From contig CM068750.1 in assembly GCA_035084275.1 (NCBI GenBank), forward strand, positions 9,734,001 to 9,798,000: a stretch of 64,000 nucleotides of DNA, in the 5' to 3' direction. Position numbers and translations under genes: made by a program. The notes beneath the pieces were generated by a model. It was not told where the DNA came from. It searched no databases and was given only the letters and a program-made list of their open reading frames with translations. This stretch comes from Hydrolagus colliei. Lineage: Eukaryota. Shown here in pieces: positions 14,001-24,854 of the stretch. The stretch's first letter is position 1. Every line of letters starts with the position of its first letter.

Positions 14001-15594
14001 GCGAGTGACAAGTAGAAAATGATAGGCAGTAGCTGGAATTATAATACTGCTAGAAATATTAACAAGTCTTCAGCATTTATTTTTCATTTACCTTAAGATG
14101 TCTCATGCTTTACAGATCACCTTCTATATAAAGTGCTACCGTAGGTAAATCCCAAATCCAGCTTAGCTACACTTCAAAGAGCATAAATATTTTTGAACTA
14201 CTAGAACTCAAACACAGTGCTTATTGATGACTTTATCTATAACGCTCAAAGAATAGAATGGGAAACTTCTGAGCAAGGGATGGTATCAAGGGATGATACC
14301 TTTTTTGCAGTGTGGTTTTTGAGAGATTTGAAATTATGGCTTACAGTATCTATTGCTACCATTTAGTGTTTAATAAATGATCAATGTTGTGCAGTAATCC
14401 CTTTTTGTGATTTTATGTACACTTTGAAGACGCTGTTCCTCCAAACAGGTGTTCATGTATATATTCAGTGTAGACAGTTCTTATGTCTATTTTTCATATG
14501 CTTTTCAGTTTTTAAAGAATCTGTGTGAATTAATCATAATTTCAGATGGCAAAAAATGAAGATGCAATCCTTTTTATATAAACCTGCAAGGTGATTAGCT
14601 TTATGAAGCCAAATACATTTTTACAATAAATATTATTAGGTACTGCATTAGTTCCCAATTTGATGTGCAGAAAAACATTGTAACCTTCTGTTTAATTCTC
14701 CAAAACTCCCCAATTCGCATATTAAAAAAAAACTAATGTTAGTGATCTAACTAACGTACCATGTAATATCTAGCAAATTGCAATTCTGTCTGGAAAAAAT
14801 TTAAACCCCATTGTGTTGGAGTATATATAGTTAGAAAATCATCATAAAAATATTCTGTTTTACACTATTGAACACATAAACTCTTAATCATGTTGCCCTT
14901 TTGCGATAGTTGAACTCGTACTCAAGGTGTTATTTGATTGTTCATTATATTGCAAGGAGACAAGTTTGATGATGAAACCAAACATTGTTGTAAGTTTACA
15001 GCAAATTCTGCAACAATTGATTTCTGCCTCAGTTTGGTGTCAAGAGTTGCAAGTGATGAGGGGTATTGTGGCTGCGCCAGCCTTCGCAGAGCAGGATTGC
15101 GGAGTTTTTTCAGCGCTGCTGGAGGGCGTTGTTGACGAGCTGCTGCTTTCAATGTAGTTGCCATTAATCATAGGCTGCCATGTTGTGACGCAGGTTCTAA
15201 AAATGTACCATTGAGATGTTGTTATGTGCTGGAGGCCTACAAACAGCACAGGTCTTTGATATTCGTCTCACACCAGGGTAAAGAAAATCCAAAGCAAAAG
15301 TGCAAATAGACAAGGAACAAAAAAAGTAGAAAAATCAAAAACAGACACAGAGACTGTATAATGTTTGATTTACTGTTGCTGTTACAAATCGTTACCATTT
15401 GGCTTGAAAATGAAATGCTGCCTGTTACATTTAAACATTTTTTTGATTAGGGAGTACATTACATTGGTTGTGATAATGGAGGGGATGTCATTCAACACTG
15501 GCTTCACGTAACCTTTGGAGGCCATAGCCATTGAAAAAAGTGATTATAACCATGATATAATTTTTGATACAGTGTAACTGCTAAACCATTCTCC

Positions 15595-15656
15595 TTTGTG
15601 TATGCATAATTGTAAACTGATCAGAAAAGCACAGTTTACAATTATGCATACACAAA
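15595..15656. repeat. Perfect inverted repeat, 25-bp arms and 12-nt spacer
   Basis: tttgtgtatgcataattgtaaactg / atcagaaaagca / cagtttacaattatgcatacacaaa. Confidence 0.95.
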
Positions 15657-16610
15657 AACTACTACAGAGGTAGCGACTATGAATATTCATTGGTGCCTTC
15701 GCCCCTCCTTTCTTTGGGTCCGTTTAGATTTTCGGATGTCAAAAGCAAGCTTGCACAGGCTTCTATGACACCGTTCACAGTGGCCTCAGCAACCCTTTGC
15801 CAGTAAAGAAAAAAACCCTGTAATTATCCACACTTTTCTGAGTTCCCCCTTAATGTTCATTATTTAAACCAGCAGCAATTACAAGTTCAAAGGGGTTTAG
15901 AAGGCTAGCAACCTGCATAATCACTGCCAAATTAAGCGGGACTCATTCGTCACAGAACAGTACACTCTGAGCAGTGAATCATGCATGCAGTGACAGGCAC
16001 TGATTTACATGAAGACAGAAAGTCATGGCCTGCCGAGGTAGGGTTGAACAATTCTCTATCCTCAGTATCCTGGTGCGTGCCCTATTCAGTTTGTTTTGAG
16101 AGAGAAAATCAGGCAGAAAATGCAGATATTGCTTGCATCCAGGTAAACACAAGCTACTGTAATTTATACTTTCTCTTGCTATGGCTAGCTTTGTTAGACA
16201 CACAGTAGTCTAGTGACACATTGAGCATTTGAGTTGATGGACAGTAAATGAATGCTGTGTGCATATCCAAGTTTCTGCAGCTACTGAGATATTGAGCAGT
16301 GTCTATGAATGGTGTTTCAGGTGGTGATTGAGGATTCCAGGGGAGAATCTCTGTGATATCCTATTACAGCAGCGAGTGACCAGGGTCAAGCAGAGAACTC
16401 AATGAGCGGGGGAGGGGAAGGGTTTATCAGGCATTAGGTTTTATCAGGCCTAAGTGCTTCTTTTCTATGATTTCTATTGGTTTGAAATGGTTTAAGATTT
16501 TTAGAGGGCAAATTGCAGTAAACTTTCTTCCACACAACATTCCTTCATTGTAAATTCCCCTACACAATTATATGATTACAAGGCAACTTTTTAAAAAAAT
16601 GCACAACCGC

Positions 16611-16667
16611 AACAACAAAATTATACTTGTATAGCACCTTTCGTGTCAGGGGGACGTCCCAAAGCAC
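16611..16667 (-). mobile_element. L2-type tail of a LINE or SINE (element may extend to ~16990)
   Basis: aacaacaaaattatacttgtatagcacctttcgtgtcagggggacgtcccaaagcac is similar to 37541-37600. Confidence 0.55.
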
Positions 16668-19324
16668 AAACTCACACAGGGGGGATGAAATTGCTTGCAT
16701 TCAGTGTGTTTTTTTAAAAAAGAAATCTCCCATATTTTTCATATACACTGAATATCCCCTCAGTCACTATGGGTTATTGCAACCCACAGGACACAAGGCA
16801 GTGCCTTTCTTTGCCTGATTCGCCAGGAGGTGCACTTGAGCGACATGGGAAAGATTCCCTTTCAGGCAGTTTTGCATCCCTTCTCCTGACTAGTGGCTGA
16901 GACTGGCAAACTCACCCCTGGGAGAGCCCAAGTACAAATGTCAGTCAAGACTGGATTCAAATTCAAGTTTGCTAGTTAGTACTACCGCATTATAGCGAGA
17001 AATGCTCCTTTCTGTCCCCACCCAAAGATTCCTCTCTAATATACTGAAACATTTTTAGCTCACACAGCGTGTAACACATTGTCTCAGGGTTTTTTTTAAT
17101 GTTTGCTTCAGGATTATGTGTGTTTGAGATACAGTAGTTTTGAAAATTTGCATCAAAAGAGTTTTGTATCAAGCTTATAGATTTCAAACAGAAAGAAAAG
17201 GTGCTGGTTGTATTTTCTAGGTTATGGTTTTGAAATGCCTTTTGGTGTTTGTTCAGGATTTGAATAATGACTACATTTATGGTAGTCAAGGAGAAAGACT
17301 ATGGGTAGCTAGCCTGTCTGGTAGCACGAGACGTGTCTATTAATCATGTAGCCAGGTCAGATCATGGCTCTAGCCACGATGAGTGGAAATAAAAATGCTG
17401 GCAATCCCATATAGTGGTCTCATAACATTGTGTTATACAGTAATTTTTCACAGCTATAAGTGTATTAGATGCTGTCCACAACAGCAGGCAGTCAGTAGAG
17501 GAAACCTAGATTGCTGTTTCCTTTTTACCAACCACTTCTCTTACAACAAAATAAAAGAAGGATCATTATGCTGAGGACAATTACTACTGGCGCCTAGGTT
17601 GAAGATAGAATTTAAGGTATTGCCTGCTGGTCAAAGTCTGCAGTTGATAGCTGGACTATATCATTAATTATTCTGATGTCAAGTAAAAAAAAACAGCTGT
17701 CTTACACCTCTCGTCAACAGGAATTTAGCATATGCCATCCAAGCTCTCTGTTGACGGTTTTGTTCCATTCTTCCAATATGGTTTTGAAAGTTGTTGAAAA
17801 GAATGAAGACACTTGTCAACAGCATAGAGCTTGAGGTTTATCAAATCTGTTTCAGACCTATTATATATCCAGCTCAAGGGCTAATGACCTGCTGGTGTGC
17901 TCAACAATTTAGTCAGCTTTACTGGAGTTGGTAATGATCACAATGGTAGAACATCAGTATTGTCATGCTAATAACAAAGAAACATAAAAGACCAGCAGTC
18001 TTAGCTGGGGTATAGTCAGTTGCTCTTTTATTACCTTTCATAATAAAAGATAATTTGATAGAAACTAAAGGGTCAGAGCTCTTGTGTGTTACCAATTTTT
18101 CATTGCTGTAAGCTGAGCTAGCTGATGAGCAACCTCCAGGGAGGAGTCAGCCTCACTTTAGGCTTCCTGTTAGACTGGACTGGGAAAAATCTAATGAAAG
18201 AAAAGAAGCAAATGCTGATTCTTCAAGTGAGAAATACTTAGTGCTGGAGTATTTTAACTGAAATATTTTTGATGTTGATAATTTATTCACACTACTGCTA
18301 GTTATGCATTATACTAATAATTACAGTGTTTGATTAGCTATCCTTGTTTATTCGATTTAATTTCTGTGGTTCAGATCCAAACAAATTACGTCTGTATTCA
18401 GAAATGTCAGTTTTCAGAAATGCTTGATATATGCAAGAACATTTAATTATCTTCAGTTGCCTGAAAGAAACCCCCGTATATGCAAATTGTATTAGGTTTG
18501 GCCCTTTCTGCCTCAAACTAAAAGCAGTTTCTTCAGGGTTAAAAGTACAAGCTGTCCCCAAATTAGTTCATGGTATTAAAGTGAGGTATTCATTAGGTGT
18601 TCAATGCATGTGGCAACTTGCAATTTCCAGCTAAAATCACTGTCAGACATTCAAGTTTGCTCAATATGAATCCTGTGGTTCATAGCTTCAGAAAACTGAG
18701 TAAGGAGGTAGTATTTTTACTACAAAAACTCAATGAGAGAAAATAGATTCCGTCATTACTTTGTCAGGATAAGATCAGACTTCCATTTTAAAATTTGAGG
18801 AGTCCAAGATATACCTCTTCTATAGGTTGAATAATGAAACTGTCTTCTTCAAACAGGGCTGCCAGGTGCATGCTCTACACAAAACGAACACCTTCCCCCA
18901 CTACTAGAAGAATGGGTTCAGATGCTTTCTCGCCATAATTTTGCTTATTCCTCTCCCATTAGACCATCTGGTATTGAGCACCTATTTATGAGACAACCAG
19001 GCATCAATTGGACATTGTTTCTCATAACATGAAATTACAAATTAAATGTAGTTTCAAAAAATTATGTTCACGAATATTTTCCCCAGTTATAGTGACAAAT
19101 AATGATAAATATCATGGAACAGAGAAAATTGAGTCACGTGTTGGGACAAAGTCGTCAGAATTTTTTTTACCCTCTTTACAGGCTTTCTGTTGGAAATTCT
19201 CAACAAACTGACCTTTGCTGGTTTTCCTTTGTAGGATTATACCACCACTACAGAAAACAGACTTTGCAACCTGGTAGTATAAAAAATATACTCTCTTCAC
19301 AATCATTTTTGAACTCCCCAAATA

Positions 19325-20041
19325 CAGTAGAAGCCCTTTTATCCGTGACTCGAGGAACCGGCACTTCCATATAACCAGCACACCAAAAGAAAAGTCCCCA
19401 TTTGATAAACCGGAACTTATCCTGAACAGTGGAGCATTTGTAAATGCATAAATAATAACAGAATATTATATTGGTACTTATTGTTAAAACTACTCTCTTG
19501 TGCTTCTCACCTTTACTAGTAGATGCTGCGCTTGAAGCTATGATGCTGCGGTTGAGGTTTATAGTCCAGCGATTCTTTTTAAAATGGAGCACCCCAAGCA
19601 GGTGAAAAAAACGGAGCGCGATTTTAAAGCCATACTAGCGGCAAGCTGATAACGCTAGCTGATAACCCACATTGTCACGCAGGTGCGGTATTTTGGTTTT
19701 CCGCTGGTAGGGCTATCGGCTTGCCGCTAGTAAAGTCTCGAGACTTTAAAATCGCGCTGCCGTTTTTTTCACCCGCTTGGCATCCTCCATTTAAAAAAGA
19801 AACGCTGGACTGTAAACCTCAAATCAGTAAAGGTGAGAAACAAAAGAGAGTAGTTTTAACAATAAGTCCAATACAATATTCCGTTATCTGTTATTATTTA
19901 GTCTGGTGTGGATGGTGTGTGTTAAAATAACTTTTTTTTTGTTGTTGTGGGTTTTCGGCCGCAGACTGCCTGAATATCCGGCAGGTGCTTTAACCGGCAT
20001 TCGCCAGGTCCCATGGGTGCCGGATAAATGGGCATTTACTG
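19325..20041. mobile_element. Non-autonomous Tc1/mariner (pogo/Tigger-like) DNA transposon, ~717 bp
   Basis: TA flanks at 19323-19324 and 20042-20043. Left end CAGTAGAAGCCCTTTTATCCG versus right end reverse complement CAGTAAATGCCCATTTATCCG. Elevated CpG, no transposase ORF. Confidence 0.88.
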
Positions 20042-20560
20042 TAGTTCAGGCCCTCCACATCACTTCTTACATTATTATTCTTGGCTAGTCCCCAACCAAT
20101 CTCCGACAATTGTTTCCCCTGCAAGATCTGTTGTATTACCTAGTCTCTGCTAGTTGATAGAGAGTGATAGTCAATTTTAAATGCAAGGATTATTATTATA
20201 ATATTAGGGCTTCTCCACTATAGTAAAAGAATCTGAAAGGAGTTCAATATGCTTATACTGGTGAGAGGTTCCAGTTTTTTTTCCTTTCCTCAGAGGTTAA
20301 ATGCCCTTTCATTTGGAGGTCAACTGTAAAACTTGATGAAATTAATCCCGACTGTAAAAGGTGTGTTTGAGTGCTGTGACTTAATCCCACAACCAACCGG
20401 TTTTGAAGGCAAGCAACCCTTTTCAGTCTCTTCATTAGTTCATAGTAATTGTTGTCTCACTCAGATTGCAAGGTGGAACATTACATTCACATCCAATAAG
20501 CTCTGTTTGAGTTTTTTTAATAAATAAAGTGAGTGTATAATCTTAATGGAAGATTGAAAC

Positions 20561-20684
20561 GGGGGAAAATTCCGATGAGTATTACGCTCATTGCCTTTGG
20601 CGAAGTAGACCACTAATGGGATTTCCCATTATAATCACACACCACCAAAGGCGCTGTGTGTAACTCTCACAAGAATCTTTACCC
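20561..20684. mobile_element. Degenerate ~124-bp palindromic MITE-like element
   Basis: Left half gggggaaaattc..tgag..ttac..gcctttgg..taatggga aligns without gaps to the reverse complement of the right half (gggtaaagattc..tgag..ttac..gcctttgg..taatggga). Confidence 0.65.
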
Positions 20685-23600
20685 AAAGATTTCTTTATCA
20701 GTCTGTTTCTAATGCCCCTTTAACTACAGAAGTGATGTGATAACCCTTCCAACAGAAGAGTGATTCAGACCGCAAAACCGGAATTTTATTTCCTGTTGCA
20801 ATTCACTCCCGTCTGGAGCTGAGGACTGCTCTGTACATGTGCTGAATTGCACAAATAAGCACTGAATGCCAGTTAATTTTTTTTAATGTGGAAGAGCTGG
20901 AAGTGGTAAAGGCCGAGGACCAAACAAAAAAAACCCTTCAAAGCAAGGCCTGCCTGAAAACTTTTCAAATGTAATTTTAATTTAAGTTTAAAGTTAATCT
21001 TAAAATAAAATTGGGTGCAGTAAAGCCCGATTTATACTGCAACCCCAGAGGCAATACTGAAACCATTAGATACACAGGTGGTTTCAGCAGAAGTCCCCAA
21101 AATCAAATCACAGCTTTTAAAACCATACTTTACAGCTCACTTTTGGTGTCAATTTGTCACTGAATCAGCACTGAACATGCACTCTTGAGTAAAACGGAAC
21201 CTTACAAGTCCAAAACTCTTCACCTGAATATTTTCCTAATGCTGTTTCCATCCCTTTATGTTAGCAGCAAATCAATGCTCTTTTTATTGTGTTCTATATT
21301 TGAAGAGCTGCCAGCAGAGGTTTCTGGTAAAACATCTCGTAACCACTGACTGGAGGTGATTTGCATGGAAACCACTAATGTTTGAGGTCATTATTGGCTT
21401 CTCCTCAAAATAAAAACCTGGGAATTCCTTTGATGCAAGGCTTGCAAACAAAAATACTGAAATTTACTTCATGCAAAGATTTGGTGCATTATAAATTTGT
21501 GTAAAAAAAACTGCTAAGCTACAGGCAGGAGTAAATCTGTGATCCCTAAATAAAGTTTGCCATGTCGGTGTTTATCTGTTTTACTGCCCACGCAGTAGGC
21601 ATGCTGAAATAACAATTGCTACACCAGGACACTGGTGTTTGCTGTGTTCTTCTGGCATGTAATAACTCGATCTGCTTCATGCAGACAAAATATATTAAAA
21701 GTATGGAAGAGTGAAGTTTGCGCCCCAGGGAGAAGGAGAGATAATGCATTGAAATTGTTCAGAGGTAGTTAGATGCCTAATGGTCTAATATGTGAGCTAT
21801 GTGAAGTCCAGTGTCTGCCTGTCATAAATTCTGGTTACACTGATCCAGTAATTTAGGGTACAGGATGAAACTGTCAACCTTAGCCATCAGTGCTTGCGAT
21901 CTATGATTCAGATTTTGTCTGTTGAGCAATTTTTTTCATAAGAAAAGTTTTTCTGTAGAAAGCAGGGAACAGAGGGTGATTTTTCCCCTCTACTGTGAAA
22001 ATTATTTACAACATTTCCCTAATCAGTGGAATTGAGGGTTGTTTAATTTACAGTATTTGTGGGGTGTGGGAAAAGGGGATAAAATGGATCAGTTAAAATA
22101 CTGATCTGCTTCGTAAAGCTTAACAGAGATGTGAACAGCCAGCCAGAGTTACGCTTTCAGCTGTCGGACAGGTGAATGCGCCATCAGTGGTAAAATGCCA
22201 AATTCTGCAATGTTATTTTTACAACATTATTTTTGATATCAGCGCAACGCAAAAAAAGCTAAAAATTACACCGTGTAAAAATGACCGTATATATCATAAA
22301 AACAAAAATAAGTAGATAGGAATAATCCGGATGGAAAGTTAAAAATAAAACCAATCTATATTTACCATGTATACATCCCATGGGGTGGGGGTGGTGGAGA
22401 TGTTTCTGTTGGCTAAATCCTTTTTTGGAAAAAAAAGCTTCACAGATTGGTACACCTGAAATCACTACAGATTACACTTGGCAGCATTTGTTACATTATT
22501 TGTGAATAGTTTTCGCATCTTCAATATAAAAAAAAGTTATTTTGTGGACTAGTCAAAAGTCTCTGCTTGTTTGGAGAATTATGGCTGGGTTTGTCTTTAA
22601 TCAGATTTGCCTCTGTTGAGATTCTCGGGTTTACAATGTGTGCACGAGCCATTCAATTGGTGTTGATGTTTATCCAAAGGACTTGCTGATTGAGTGAAGT
22701 ATGCATTTTCTATGAATTTATGGCTACTGGGTAACACAGGTAATTTATAGATTATTTCCTGTATTTCGTGGACATTTCACTTTTTAAAAAACATATGTTA
22801 TGGCAACAACTGGACATTTATCTCCACACATTCATTATACATGCATGATGATACTGGGGGATGACAACATTTCACCTTAACCTCATAGATGAGTACTGAT
22901 AGTACCTTTCTGTATGAAGCCTCAGGGGTATTTTCACAAAGTATGCCAGCCACAGACTCAACTTGAAAAGCAAATTGATAGCAAACCTTGCTCTAGAACC
23001 TTGCACCATCTCAGTGAACATAAATTAATGGTGTAAAGCAAACAGACATCTGGCTGGAAGCCTGGCAGGAGCAGGAGAGGAGCCAGCTATTGTTGAGGGG
23101 GCAGTACTGTATTCTATGCAGGAGCCCTGTTCAGAAAAGCGCGACGTTGCTGCTGGGTTTTGTGTATGGCCTTTGAAGTGTATGAAATGATAACTGTTCT
23201 CCCCCCACCTCACCCCACCTCTCTCAACACAATTGCTAAAGCTATTAATTGTAGCTTCCATAATTGTGATTCTGTGGCCTGCAAGCATAGTTGAGCCAGC
23301 ATGCAAGTCAAGCTATTTGCTACAGTATGAATGTCTGAGTTTTGCTACCTCTCCATGTTTAGTAGTAAAAGCCTGCAAGGCCAAGTGAGTCATGCAACAT
23401 TCCTGCCTGTTTTGGGCTGTTGTCAGGAAGTAGCAATAGTCTGATCCACAAACTGTAAAGCATAAACTGACACAGCCAGTTGAGAATCAAAATAATTAAA
23501 TCTGTGCAGAAAAAATCCTGAATCAAATACAGAGAAAAAAAATCAATGCTAATTAATTAGAAGTCATCATTATCTTGACAATGGGTTCAGAGGGTGGGTA

Positions 23601-24777
23601 CTTCAGTTTAAATTTGCTGCAATAAAAGGTGAAAATGAATATCTGGTTAAATGTGTACATTGTGTAGCTACTATTTTACACCTCTGAGAATGCTTCATCA
23701 GTGTAGAGTGGTTCCAGGACAGCCAAACCTATGACCTGTGTCCTTAATTCACCACAGTCTGGTTCCACAATGATGAAGTGATCCATCATCATTGTTACTA
23801 TATTCTAGCATGTATTCCACTGGGAAACTTCAATTGCTACAGGATGGCTAGGCCAGAAAATGAATGGGTTAGAGATTTCAAATGGCCATATACATAACAT
23901 AAATGCATTACCTGGAGATGTGTTGCTTTTCCTTCGACAGTTAATCTTGGTTTTATACTAACACCTTATTGTCATCTCTACTGTCATTTTACTGGAATAC
24001 GTGGGTTTCAGTAGAGTGAGAATGAAAATTGACTGATGATTTATGGGTGAAAATACATATGTTAATAATATATAGTAAACAATATGTGGGGTGCTGCAGT
24101 CCAGAACAGTGGTGATACATGGATAAATTATTCAGAAATATGTATTTTTCGTCAATCAAAATTTTTCACTTAAGCCTTTTGATTTTATCCACTGCTTTTC
24201 TTGATGAAATATCATTTTTGTTTGTCTAAACCATTAATTATCTTCATTACTGAGTAGAAAATAAAAGACAATTACATTGTTTGGATGAATTCTGGTGTTA
24301 GGAAGGGTATTTATCACTGTGGCATAGTGCAGCACCTGACAATGGACGATTGATGACCAGGAGTAGACCAAGTGGCTGAGGCAGCCTTACACAATGCAAA
24401 TTACCAACTGTGAATTTAGATTCATCCTATTCATTTCTTTCGCCTCTGCTGAAAACTATTAGTGGTTTAGTAGTAGCGAGGGGTCATTACTAATGTGGAC
24501 AGGGTAAGATGAGGAAAGCCTTCTGCAATTACATGGCTTTCGAAAGGACTAGAGGCCGATCCAAAAAAGTGTCAACACCTAGAAATCAATATAATTTATT
24601 TCATTTCTAAAAATCCATATTTAGTGAGCATTATCTTCCATCTCTGTGATTTTTTGGAAAAAAATATTGAAATGGTATGCCTTTGTCACTTAGATTGGAT
24701 TAAATTAGCACCATTTTTATTTTATGCCTCTCTACATCTATTACTGATATTTTTGTTATTCATTTTAATTTGTGCAG

Positions 24778-24854
24778 CATCCATACCCATCAGAGGAGCA
24801 GAAGAAACAGTTAGCCCAAGACACAGGACTCACAATCCTACAAGTGAACAACTG
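24778..24854 (+). CDS. MEIS2: MEIS2 internal exon (~exon 9): TALE loop and helices 2-3
   Basis: tgtgcag acceptor ends 24777; 77 nt encoding HPYPSEEQKKQLAQDTGLTILQVNN(W); gtgagt donor at 24855, phase 2. The ORF track shows this region in a different frame. Confidence 0.97.

Noticed and set aside
19248-19930. Opposite-strand ORFs sharing SKGEK.KRVVLTIS
   Set aside because: A by-product of the inverted repeat in the MITE, not duplicated genes; no transposase motifs.
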